The notes beneath the pieces were generated by a model that searched no databases, was not told where the DNA came from, and saw only the letters and a program-made list of their open reading frames with translations. Position numbers and translations under genes: made by a program. This document shows positions 1 through 39,024 of a stretch of DNA of 64,000 nucleotides, in pieces. How positions within the stretch are numbered: position 1 is the stretch's first letter; the number at the start of each line of letters is the position of its first letter. This stretch comes from Mobula hypostoma (taxonomy: Eukaryota), in contig NC_086097.1 of NCBI RefSeq assembly GCF_963921235.1, positions 124,684,001 through 124,748,000 on the forward strand, written 5' to 3'.

Positions 1-310
1 AGCCTTGTGGTGCACCTGTGGAGGAGGAGGTGTTGTTGCCAATCGAACTGACTGAGGCTTACAAGTGAGGAAATCCAGGATCCAATTGCACAAGGAGGTA
101 TTGAGGCCAAGGTGTTGGACCTTGCTGATTAGTTTTGAGGTGATGATGGGATTAAATGCTGAGCTGTAGACGATAAAGAGCATCATGATATTTACATCTT
201 TGCTGTCCAGGTTTCCCAGAGTTGTGTGAAGATCCAATGAGCTGGCATCTGCTGCTCTGGTAAGCAAACTGGAGCAGATCCAAGTCGCCTCTCAGGCAGG
301 AGCTGGTACG
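1..310 (-). mobile_element. Rex/Babar LINE RT fragment
   Basis: Minus strand carries the STAFNP, WILDFL and GAPQG RT motifs. Confidence 0.75.
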
Positions 311-314
311 CCTC

Positions 315-612
315 TGCTGATCTCCTGGGATTTTCACGCACAACAGTCTCCAGGGTTTACACAGAATAGTTCAGAAACGAAAAACATCCAGTGAGCAGCG
401 TTTCTGTGGGCGAAAACACCCTGTTAATCAGAGAGGTCAGTGGAGAATGGCCAGACTGGTTAAAACTGACAGGAAACCAACAGAATCTCAAATAACCACT
501 GCGTTAAAGCAGTGGTGTGAGAAGAGCATACTGTATCTGAATGCACAACACGTCGAACCCACAACAGCAGAAGACCATGAACATACACTCAGTGGCAACT
601 TCATCAGGTATT
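315..612 (+). mobile_element. Tc1/mariner-derived non-autonomous element fragment
   Basis: Homologous to 41030-41325, ending in a TIR-like CACTCAGTGGCAACTTCATCAGGTA. Confidence 0.7.
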
Positions 613-867
613 TTAATGATAAATTTACTTTGAACCTTGCAACAAGTGTGTACTGCCTTATGATGGGAATCTGCTGCCCAATACTGAGATATTAGGGTGG
701 GAAAAATTGGCTGTCACAAGCCAAACAAGGGCCTGGAGTTGAGTAGATGAATAAGTAACTATGTGGGAGATCAGTGGCTTGGGCCTAGTTCATGGTCCAG
801 AAGCAATTGATGGGTAGAATGAAGTGATATTAGTGTAAATGGGGCAATGGCCTGCACTGTCTACATG

Positions 868-1275
868 ACTCACTGGAGTTTAGAAGAATGACGGATGAAT
901 CTTATCAAAACCTATTGAATAATAAATGGCCTAGAAAGAGTGGACGTGGAGAGGGTGTTTCCAATAGTTGCAGGGTCTTGGACCAAAAGGCACAGCCTCA
1001 GAATACAAGGACATCCCTTTAGAACAGAGATGAAGAGGAATTTCTTTCACCACAGGGTGGTGAATCTCTGGATTTATTGCCACAAATGGCATGGAGGCCA
1101 GTTCATTTGGTATGTTTAAAGCGAAGGTTGGTAAGATCTCGTTTAGTCAGGGTGTCAAAGGGGAGAAAGCAGGAGAATGAGTTTGAGAGGGATAATAAAT
1201 CAGCAATGATCGAATGCCAGAACAGACACAATGGGCAGAATGGCCTAATTCTGCTCTTATTTCTTATGGTTCTAT
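868..1275 (+). mobile_element. CR1 LINE 3' end
   Basis: CACTGGAGTTTAGAAGAATG...GAGATGAAGAGGAATTTCTTT...TGGCCTAATTCTGCTC..TTATGGTTCTATG tail. Confidence 0.8.
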
Positions 1276-1624
1276 GTGTTGAAGGACCTGTTTCTGTAAT
1301 ATCTGATTCTACTAATTACACTTTTGAGCAGAGGGTATACCAGCAGAATGCAAATATTGAGAACAGTCACCAGTACAAAAAAAAATCTATTCCCAATGTA
1401 TATTGTGTCTCAGTCCTGTTATGTTTTAATTCAACTAAAATCCATGCCGCCAATTCATTTCATATAAATGTCTATGGACCATTCTTTCCCTTTGTCAGTC
1501 TGATGGCTACACCCAATTGTTACTGCTTGGATGCATGCCAACATTTCTAATCCTGATTACTCAGTGACCTGTTAAAAAGTTCACACATGGGCATGGATCC
1601 AGTATGAGAACAGAACAAATTTAA

Positions 1625-2040
1625 GATGATAAGACCATAAGTCAAAGAAGCAGAATTAGGCCATTGAGCCCATCAAGTGTGCTCCACCATTCCATCTTGG
1701 CTGATTTAGTATCCCTTTCAACCTCATTCCCCTGTTTTCTTCCCATAACCTTTGACACCCTTACTCATCAGAAACTATCAACCTCTGCTTTAAATATACC
1801 CATTGATTTGGCCTCCACAGTTGCCTCTGGTAATGAATTCCACAAATTCACCACCCTTCGGCTAAATAAAATTCTCCTCATCTCTGTTCAAAAGGATGTC
1901 CTTGTATTCCTAGGCTGTGTCACCTACTCCATTCTGGGAAACATTCTCTCCACATCCATTCTATCCAAGCCTTTCAATGTTCGATAGATTTCAATGAGAA
2001 CCACGCCCCCCCCCGCCATTCTTCTAAACTCCAGCAAGAA
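1625..2040 (-). mobile_element. CR1 LINE 3' end
   Basis: Reverse-complement homolog of 868-1275. Confidence 0.8.
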
Positions 2041-3299
2041 CCATAGCGTGACTGCAAGTTGGAATATTCTAGTAAACACAGGAATTTTACTGTATGATGG
2101 TAACTCATAGCTGTGTTTGAACATCCCACATTGCTTAGCTATTGATGTTAAAGAATTTATAAATTATACACGCTTGAAATTTACCTGCTTACAGGAAGCC
2201 ACAAAGCAAGCCCGAAAGTACCCAATTTTTTTAAAAAGGCCAACACCCAATGCACAGAGAAAGAGAGAAGAAAAAACACAAATCATGTAAATACGGAAGT
2301 GAGCACAGCATTCTGAACCAGACTGAGTCCTTAGATCTGAATCCCCGGAGCAGCCCAGAGCAGGCCCAAAGCCTCAGTCTCAGTTCATCATATTAGCAGG
2401 GCAGATCGCCACGAAGCTCACAGACATGAAGCACAGCAGCCGGGGCAGTCTCACAGTCAGAGAGAGAGAGGGGAGAACATCACAGGAGAGGAAGCGTAAT
2501 TGGCCCAGATCTCACCTCCAGTCCCAACACCCTGCCTTTCCAGTCTATCCGGGCTGGTGTTTAAATTGTCCAAACAGCAGATCATACCTGGCATTAGGAC
2601 CTGGGCCCTGCCATAGTGAAATACTCCGGGCTAAGACCAGCCTGAAGCTGTTCTCAACCTCTCCAGATCGGCTCGGGTCTTACAGTAATCCAACCTTACA
2701 CCCAGTGTAGTTGGACGGACATTGAAACTCCTCTGCCTTGACTCTTCCTCTCCGAATCACTCACTCCAACTCCATCTGCGTCATTTTTGCAACACACCAG
2801 CACAGCTCATCCCTTGAATCCACATCACCTTTGCTCGGCTATTCATTGATTGAGGTGATAGTTTACCACAATTTACTTCAGAAAAGGTGCTATTAATAAT
2901 GTTTTTAGTTGAATTTCTTCCCATTTGAACTACCAGTAAGCTTTCGGTCACCCTCAGTAGCGCCATCTTAAACCAGAAGATCATAGTGATCATGGTCACT
3001 ATGGCACCAACCCCATATCCCTCTATTTCCTTAATATCCAAAAATTTATAGATCTGTTGTCCTACAAATAACTTGTGGTCAGAGACCAGAACAGAGTCAC
3101 TGGCTTTAAAAAGTGTGTTATTTAAATTTAAAATGTACATAATTACATTCAATTATGTTAAAATAAAAAATATGCTTAAATTAGTTAAAAATAAAAATGT
3201 TCAGAATTTTGGTATCTTATTACATTTAAAACTGGTTTTTAAGGTGAAATATAATTTGCATTGTAGTCTCTAGTGCAAAAAAAAAAATCTAATCTCACT

Positions 3300-4260
3300 G
3301 CAACACGCACAAAATGCTGGAGGAACTCAGCAAGTCAGGCACCATCTGTGCATGGAAGAGAATAAACAGTTGACTTTTCAGATGGAGACTCTTCATGAGG
3401 ACTGGAAAGATGCCGGAATAAGGTGGCGGGGGAGAGAATGCGATAGGTAGACCAGGTGAGATGGAAGGTTGGTGGGTGCGAATGGGAGATGAAGCTGAAA
3501 GGGGATAGGTGGAAGAGATAAAGGGGTGAAGGAAGAGGAATCTGATTGGAGAAGACAGTGGACCTCAGTGGAAGAAATGGGAGGAGAGGCACCAGAGGGA
3601 GGTGGTGGGCAAAGGGGGGGAACCAGAATGAGGAATGGAAAAAGGGGGAGAATTACTGACAAGTTCGAGAAATCAGTGTTCATGACATCAAGTTGGAGGC
3701 TACCCAGATGGCATATGAGGTGCTGCTCCTCCAGACTGAGAGTGGCCTCATCATAGCAGTAGAAAAGGCCATGGACAGGAATGTCAGAATGGAATGGGAA
3801 GTCAAGTGAATAGCCACTGGGAGATCTTACCTTTTGTGATTGATAGGGCAAAGGTGCTCAACAAAGCATCTCCCAAACTGCCTCAGGTCTCACCAATGCA
3901 CAGGAGGCTGTACCGTAAACACCAGATACAAGATGACCTCGTCAGATTCACAGGTGAAACATCACCTCTCCTGAAGGTCTGTTTGGGGCCCTGAGTGATG
4001 GTCAGAGGTGTAGGGGCAGGTGTAGTACTAGTCACATGTAGAGAAAGTGCCAGGAGGGAGATCCGTGGTAAGTACAAGTGGATAACCGAGTCACATTAAG
4101 AGCAATCCCTTTGGAAAACAGAAAAGTGGGGTGGGAGATGTGCCCTGAATGGTGGTGAGATAGGGAGGTAGTGCACTGCTGTGGCCTCTATCAATGACAA
4201 CCAACATAAACTGGGAGGCCACTTTGTTGAACATGTGGACCAACCCACTAGGAATTGACT
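3300..4260 (-). mobile_element. Decayed PLE 3' fragment
   Basis: Minus-strand ORFs give DEATLSLEEQHLICHLGSLQLDVMNTDFSN and TITQGPKQTF; degenerate hammerhead/pLTR at ~3365-3405. Confidence 0.85.
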
Positions 4261-6402
4261 GATACAGCTGTAACATTTTTTTGAAAAGTGGGTATGAGAA
4301 CTAAAGCTCGTCATTTCAGTATAAATTTAATATAAGCAGCTTACTTCATGACAGAATATATAAGGTGAAATAAACTTTTCTAGTGCATAACTATGGATAA
4401 TGTTCCATCAGGCCATACAGTGGTACTAGTTGAGATGTGCACCAGGTCCAGTCCTGAACTCTGATGTCTATATGCGCTTGCATGTTCTTCCTATGACTGA
4501 GTGGGGCTCCTCCCACGTCCCATTCTAAAGGTTAAATATTGGCTGTAAATTGCCTTTTGGTAGGTGATAAGATTTGGGAGGTGTAGGAAAGATGAGAAAG
4601 TAGGGATAAAAATGAAGCTCACGTAAGATCTGGGTAAACTGATGGTCACAATGGAATCCATGGATGAAGAGTCCCATTTCTACACTGTACATCACTACAA
4701 CTGCATTATTGTTCCACTAATATTCACAGATAAGCACAACAAATCCACGTTCATTAATTTCACTCCCCTCATACCTTTTCCAGGTACCCAACAGCAGCCT
4801 CTATTATTGACCCAATCTTTGATTTTCTGGAATCTAGTATACAGGAAATACATTCGCAGAGTCTTCAAAAATGTTAAGTCCTTTTAATGGCAGTGATTTT
4901 ACTTATTTTCCTAATAAAAGTAGTAATTCTTGTAATGACCTTAAATGACCAACCTTTGGTTGCATCACAGCCTGGAATAGTAATACAAATACCTAAAAAC
5001 AGGAGCCTTGGATCTCACGCCATCAAGCTTCACGCACCTTGGCTCTGAACGGACTCCACAGTCCAGGGTCTCATTTTCAAGGACTCTACATCTCACATTC
5101 TCAGTCTATTTACCTAGATTTTTAAAAAAGTCTTCTGCACAACAGTTGCTTGTCAATCTTTGTGTAGTCTTTTCATTGATTCTATTTTATCATACTGTGA
5201 ATGCCTGAAGGAAAATTAATCTCAAGGGGAGTATATGGTGAGTTAATTTACAACCTCCCTGCCTAATTTAGCATCAAGGTGAAAACCAATGAATCATAGA
5301 AATTTGCCTATAAACTCACTTAAATTCAAGGAAAAAGTAGATTCCAATCTAGAACATCCCAATCCAAATCTGTACCTCTGGAATCTACCAATGGTAATTT
5401 AGCTTATCAGATTGAAATAACTAATTTAAGATGTTGTTATATTAGTGATCTATGCTGTTCACTGACAGCCAGATCAATTTGTTTTTAAACCCGTTTCTTT
5501 CCAATTTCCTACCTGTTTCGGCATGCACTTACAAGGTTTTAGGCAAAATAACCATTATTCCTTGGAATGTGGGAGGACAGGAGACCTTATTTTATACACA
5601 TCTAGCAGGCATAGATATGGCAGAAGATAACAATCTTTCCCCAAGGTTGAGACCAAAACGAAGAGGATAGGTTTAGGTAAGATTTAAAAGGGATCAGAGG
5701 GAGGTGAGTATATGGAATGAGCTGCCAGAAAAAGTGGTTAAGAAGCACTTTAGCTACATTATATAGAAGGGCAAGGCTGAACCCTGGCCACTGGCACCAG
5801 CTGGGTGAGCATGGACATGTTGACCAAAAGGTCTGTATATGGATATATGTGTGTATATGTTTAGAATGCCTTTGGGGCAGTGGTAGAGGCAGATACATTA
5901 GGGGCATTTAAAGCACACAGATGATAGAAAATGGAGGCCTACGTGAGAGAGAACATTAGGTTGATCTTGAGTAAAACGTTTGCATATCATGGACCGAGGG
6001 GCTTGTACTGTGCTGAAATGTATCATGTTTCCTGTTTAATCGTGCTCTTTTATGCCTTGTCGAGTAAGTGCTCATCTGGACATAAAATCCTGTAAAAGGA
6101 ACTCTACATCGACCACTAAGACAATGTAATCCAGGTTCTCACTAGAGTGAAAAGCCCCTGGTTTTTTCTAGGTCTATTAAGAGGAAATATTTCCTATTTA
6201 CTATCCTACCCATTTAGATATTTAAAGATGACAACTAAAAGCATCCTCACATTAAATCCAAAGTAGTTCTAAAAGTACATATTTAACTTTGAGGACTGTT
6301 TGCAAATTGCGTCCATCCCCTCCAGTATAGAACAAAGTCTTTTACTTTCAAGTGTGTGACTCTGTGTGTAAAGAAACCCATGAGCAGAGAATACACAGTA
6401 CC

Positions 6403-6825
6403 AAGACATTATTCAGCATTTTTATTAAAGCAAGCATTCTATAATCCAAATATTCAGTTTCAGTTTTTAATGCTCAGCCATTAAACACACTGTCAACTAA
6501 ACACAGTGTGGATCTGCTGAACATCTCCACAGTAATGGATTACAAAATTTTAAAGAAAGGAATGCATCAAACGTTTCTGTGCATAAAACACCTACCCCGG
6601 CCTAGAAAACTTTTCATTTTACAATTTTTTTTGTAATTTTCCCATTAAAGTCTAGGACTAGCATCGCTTATGCCAGACCTGGTAGTGACTTCATTTCATA
6701 AGCTTAGAGGTTTCCTTTCTGTTTTTGTATACATTTTCTGTTTTGCGATGTTTTAAAGTTTTTTTTAACTTTTCCAATGTTTAGATTTTTTTCTTCAGTA
6801 ATGCAAGCTTCACTGTTGTCCTCTC
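6403..6825 (-). other. PABPC1: PABPC1 terminal non-coding exon 15 (3' UTR)
   Basis: Acceptor TTTTTGTTCTGCAG| at 6826. Blocks such as CCAGGTCT, GCTAGTCCTAGA, GCATTCCTTTCTTTAA and TTTGGATTATA match the mammalian PABPC1 3' UTR as I recall it. The 3' end is approximate. Confidence 0.85.
6421..6426 (-). terminator. Polyadenylation signal AATAAA of PABPC1
   Basis: CTTGCTTTAATAAAAAT on the minus strand at the end of the conserved UTR, followed by a GU-rich downstream tract (TCTTGGTACTGTGTATTCT). Confidence 0.85.
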
Positions 6826-8509
6826 CTGCAGAACAAAAACAAAATTTTACATTTATTGTTCCAAATATATTTCCTGCAAAAGAATGGGTAGAATAGACTT
6901 GAACTCAGCCAATAGTTCAGCAGTACATTGAGTTATTTCAGACAAAAGAAAATTGATGCACAAAAAGTACAAATGTGTACTCTTGCATATAAAAAACTAC
7001 CAATTTCTTGACAGCAGCAAGCTAATTACCCACTATGATTACACAACTCAACAATTTTTTGCAATCTGATTAGGAGAGAACATTTGTAGTCAGGATAAAG
7101 TCACAGAATCAAATAGCAACTGTTCAGTTTGACGTTCTAACTAAATTAACCTCAGCAGTAAAACAATGATATTAACTCCTTCACTCTACTATATACACAT
7201 TACCCAATGTCACTATATGGACATTTGATCAGTCTAGGTATTTAACAGTTACCTGTACAGTCTGTTTCTTGGATTGTTTTCATATTTATATTCTGCATTT
7301 TTTATGCTGCTTCAAATCCTGAAGTAAAAATCATTTTGTTCTCCTTTGCACGTATGTACTGGAGAATGACAAAAAATCTCGAATCTTGTATGGAATCGTC
7401 ATTCGGCCCATTATGTCACTGTTGTTAATGACTGTTAAATTCTGACCAAATATGTTCAATTTAATGGTCATCAGCTTTTTTGAATTACGCTCCTGAATCC
7501 ACAAAGGATGCTGCCTCAGTTGACAGTTTTAAACGCCAGCTCAAAACCTACTAACCTTGCTTTTAAGTAACATCATTGTCTTTTATTTCAACAAGCTCCG
7601 GGACAGCTTCTTCCACCAGGCCATCAAGCTGATTAATTCACACTGTATTTCTATGCTATATTGATTGTCCTGTTGTACATACTATTACAAATTACTATAA
7701 ATTGCACATTTAAACAGAGATGCAATGTAAAGATTTTACTCATGAAGGACGCAAGAAATAGTCAATTCAATTTACACTTTATCCCACTGTAGACCATTTG
7801 GACCTACACGTTTGTTAAAGTGCTCTTTAAATAAGTTATACTATTTAGCCCAATATATCCTTACCAAACTTGGCTGTTTAACCCAATTCCATTTCCCACC
7901 CCGCAGCATTTTACAGCTAATGGCAATTGTTCTTAACGTGTGCATAGTGCACAAGCCCCTCAGGGAAGCAATGCCAAACAAAGACCACAGGAGATCAAAG
8001 TAGTTTTAATAAGGGGTCATTTAAATATACCACTCTGGAACCAATAGGTCTATATCCTATAACCTAAATTTGGCTGTGCTAAACAAGCTTTAGGCTTGTT
8101 TACAACACGCAGAATCCCCGAGAAAACTACAACTCCTTAGGAAGGTCTCAAGATACAATTAGGAATTAATGTAGTGTGGCAAGAACAAGGAGTCTATTCA
8201 GCCATGATAGAGGTGATTAACCAAGACTTTAAATACAAAAAAGGTTTTTGCCTCTATCACTTAAGGCAGCTGCATTCAACGAACAATAACAGAAGCTACA
8301 TAGCTTCACAACTACAACTATCCTGCTACCTTCAGCAATCTGTGGACATTTGTTCATTGATAGGTGTTTACAATTTACAGCTTTCTTCCTCAAGGCTAAT
8401 GATGGAACTGTTACTGCAAAAACTGTATGATGAACTGCACTCACAGTAACTGAGCACTGACAGCCGTAGTCTTTGTGAAAGGGACACTTTACCCACCTCC
8501 TGAAAATTT

Positions 8510-35462
<26,953 letters not shown>

Positions 35463-35784
35463 TTACGGGGGGTGAAGGGAGACGACTGGCCGGTCACTCG
35501 AGCTCGATGGCGGTGCGGGCGGGCCCGGCAGACGGCGCTCCTCTTTTTCCCAAAAAAAAGCGTGCGTGTGTTTAAAAGAATGAACGGATTACCGAAATTA
35601 AACAAAAAAATGATGAGGTTGGAGGAAGGAAACGAGGGCGGCGGCTCACGGCAGACGGAGACGGCGTCGAGCGGCGGCGGGGTCCCGGGAGGAGGTGGCG
35701 GCGCCTGCGGCTGGGCTGGACACGGTGCTCGCTGACGACTCCGAGCCGATCCTCGCGGGTTCTTTTCCTTATCGAGCGGTCGTT

Positions 35785-35970
35785 TCTTTTTTAATTCTTG
35801 TTTTTTTTCCTCTCGGGTTCAGAGACGTTGAGAATCTTCTCGTTGATTTCTTTTTTTTAAACCTTTTTTTTGTTTAAAAACCCCGCCCGCCTATTTTTTT
35901 GGAATTTTCTTTTTAAATTTTTTTGGTTAAGATTTTTCAGATTTTTAAATTTTTTTTCTTTTTTTTAAAC
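35785..35970 (-). promoter_or_regulatory. A-rich autoregulatory sequence (ARS) in the PABPC1 5' UTR
   Basis: Runs of A5-A8 punctuated by pyrimidines on the minus strand (AAAAAAAAGAAAAAAAATTTAAAAATCTGAAAAATCTTAACCAAAAAAATTTAAAAAG...). This fits the known PABP-bound ARS architecture. Confidence 0.85.
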
Positions 35971-36059
35971 CATTTATAAAGAGAGAGAGAACAGAAAAGT
36001 GTGCTGACGAGAGAGCTCAGATGGAGCCTGGTGCACACAGACACACACACACACAGCCG

Positions 36060-36210
36060 GGGATCGGAGGGTCAAACGGGGGAACTCGCCGATATTTATA
36101 GGCGCGCTTGCGTCACTTCCGGCGGCGCACGCCGCCCTCGCTCGCTCCCGCCCACCCACTAACCCACGATGCGGCGTACCAGCGAGTGCACAGGCGCGGA
36201 CGTCATAATT
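36060..36210 (-). promoter_or_regulatory. PABPC1 core promoter: TATA box, ETS-CRE composite, GC boxes, pyrimidine (TOP-like) start
   Basis: TATAAATA at 36093-36100; CCGGAAGTGACGCA at 36109-36122; GGGCGG boxes at ~36132-36153; TGACGTC at 36199-36205; CCCTCC ~30 nt downstream of the TATA (~36071). Confidence 0.75.
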
Positions 36211-36879
36211 GCGCATCGGAGCGCTCCCTCCGCGCTGTGCGTGCGTATGTAGGGGTGGTGGGAAGGAGGGAAATAGTGCGAACTTGACTTGAAAGTAATC
36301 CCGTCGCTGAATGATCGCGAGATGTTGAGGTGGCAGGTGATTGGGTCTGGGTGACGTTGCCTGCGTACTTGTGTTATAGGGACACATTTTCCCTAGAGCC
36401 AAGATTTCAAGTGTAACTTTTATATATAGAACTTCCAACATCCAGCATGTGGTCAGGTACATATCTGTAAAAGCTAAACGACAAGAGTACTTATCTTATT
36501 AAGATTTCTCATTAAATTTAATTGTTATGTATACTTTTTATGGTTTATATTACTATGTATTGCAGTGTACTGCTGCCGCAAATCAACAAATTTCACAACG
36601 TATGCTGGTGATATTAAACCTGATTGTGAGCAGAAGGACTACTTACAAAGATCACATTCAGATTCAAGATTCAAAGTACATTTAGTATCGAAGTTGGTAT
36701 GCAGTATACAACCCTGAAATTCGCCTTCCCCACAGACAGTCTGAAACTTAGAAAAACCATGGAACCAACCCGTTCAAAGGAAAACATCAAACGTTAGACC
36801 CAACCTCCCCCGTGCGCGCAAAAAAATCTATAACACAAAATCGAAAGGCATATTTCAGTAGTTTCAGCTCAGTCGTCAT

Positions 36880-37192
36880 TCATCTTGTGCATCCGTTAGT
36901 CTTGCGAGACCATGGATCTGTGCCTGGAAAGTCTTCACTCTCCAGGGTGCAGGCCTGGGCAAGGTTGTATGGAAGACCAGCAGTTGCCCATGCTGCAAGT
37001 CTCCCCTCTCCACAACACTGATGTTGTCCAAGGGGAGGGCATTAGGGCCCATATAGCTTGGCACCAGTGTCGTCGCAGAGCAATGTGTGATTAAGTGCCT
37101 TGCTCAAAGACACAACACGCAGCCTTGGCTGGGGCTCGAACTCATGACCTTCAGATCGCTAGTTGAATGCCTTAACCACTTGGCTACATGCC
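36880..37192 (-). mobile_element. tRNA-derived SINE with RTE-like 3' tail
   Basis: Minus strand begins GGGCATGTAGCCAAGTGGTTAAGGC (A box) and GAGTTCGAGCC (B box), followed by a GTGTTGTGTCTTTGAGCAAGGCACTTAA core. Confidence 0.8.
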
Positions 37193-38452
37193 CACCTCCC
37201 TGCCAAATGTAGTGACAAAATAGAGCAGCCAAAACTAGAACTAGAAACTAGAACAGATCATAAAACTGAATGGGAGTTGAAATCTGCAATCCGCACGGAT
37301 AAACCTTGCCCCAGCACCGTCCGCTGACAGAATCAAGGGAGAGATCTTCGAAACATACAATGAAGTGTATCCTTTGCGTTAACAGCCAACACAACCAAGG
37401 GTTTGTAAGTATAGCCACACATGCTGGAGCCAGCCTAGCATTCCCATAATGCTCTGAACAACGCAGAACATCACAAGTGACAGAAACATCAGGAAGACAA
37501 GCCTCTTTCCTTATGATTATCTGTGGTGGCAAGAATAGGCCTAACCTCATTGTCACCGAATATTCCATTCAGCTGGATATTGTCATAACCATCAGTCCCT
37601 CAAAGGAAAATTTAGTGGATAAGTACCTTTGACCATAAATTGATCAAGCACTGGTCTTCATGGAGGCCCTGCAAGAGAAGATAAGGGATCCTTTCGGACT
37701 GTACCCAAGCAGACTGTCAAAGTCAATTGGCAGAACATCTCCTCACAATTACTCTCAGATAAACATTGTGGATGGTGAAAAAGGCCCTCAAAGTCAGATC
37801 CTTCATGCACTGCCTCAGTCCTGCCTCACACTACCCTTCAGCTGAGGTGCAGATGAGATAGTCATCCGCTCCCCGTGGACTGTAAATTTGACAAGAGGAT
37901 TGGAAATGGATGCAACGTCTCTGTCAAAATTGACCCTAACAGCTGCACAACATAGGTCATAGTGCTCTGCAGGCTGTTTCCAGGATTGCAACAAAAAGCT
38001 GGTTGGGGTTCAGGCCCTCCACATTGAGTTCAGCCTTCACATTCAGTGGATCATCCTCTGAAATTTTTACCACCTTCAAAGTGATTCCCCCACTGTCACA
38101 TCAAAGTCAAAGTAAATTTATCATGAAATACCTGTACATCATCGTATACTACTCTAAGATACATTTTCTTGCAGACATTTACAAGAAAACAAAACAAAAC
38201 AATGGAATTTGTGAAAAACTATGCATACAAAGAGACTGACAAACAACTGATGTGTGAAAGAAGACAAATTGTGCAAATTAAATAAACAATACTGAGAACT
38301 TATAGAGTGCTTGAAAGTAAATCTCTAGGTTGTGGAATCAGTTCAGTTTTAAGATGAGAGAAGTTGCCCACATTGGTTCAAGATGGTTGTAGGGTAAAAA
38401 ACTGGCTTGCATTTACCCTATCTACATAGACACGTATGCCTCATAATTTTGT

Positions 38453-39016
38453 TGTTGTTGTTCGTCCATCGTACGTCGATGAGGACCTCGACACCATAAT
38501 GATGGTGTTGAGACTAGCGCGTGATTTGGATTTAAGTGAGGGAGAGTTGCGCAGCATCAGCCTCACTCTCTCTTCCCAATTCCCATCTGGATCCAGTGGC
38601 AAGACAGAGTCGAGACGGCTGGAGATGGGACTAGGCGCAGCGGATGACCAGGATGTCTTCTGTGTCTTGTCCTGCTCTACACGTTCCATGACGCTTGCAG
38701 AGACCGCCTTCTTGACCGTTGGACCTTCCGTTGGTCTCGTCCGCTCAATCCGCCGGAGACTGTCTTCACATGCTGGGATAGACAACTCCCTATCTCACCG
38801 AGGGTTTGAGACCCGTCGGCTACCCTCACCTGGTTTAGCCGGCTTGTCAAAGGCGTTGCCCGGGGTGTGGCTGCTGTCGCATGGAAACAGCTTCGGGGAG
38901 CCACAGGTGAGAGCTGAGTGCCAGGTGGGGACCAAAGGTGGACTAACCGCCCTGAAAAGGACGCGACATGTTACCCCACCAGAGGTGCTACCCCTCCCTG
39001 ACACCCCATACACCCC
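38453..39016 (-). mobile_element. Short bipartite (5'+3') RTE-derived non-autonomous retroposon
   Basis: (CAA)n tail; TSD AATTTTGT at 38445-38452 and 39017-39024; inserted in a CR1. Confidence 0.75.
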
Positions 39017-39024
39017 AATTTTGT

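Noticed and set aside
8427..8460. ATGATGA...CTGA box C/D-like motif
   Set aside because: Too short (~35 nt), antisense to the host gene and without a terminal stem
6826..8497. Intron downstream of the stop codon as an NMD trigger
   Set aside because: The probable donor is only ~13 nt after the stop (<50 nt rule); this is the normal PABPC1 structure
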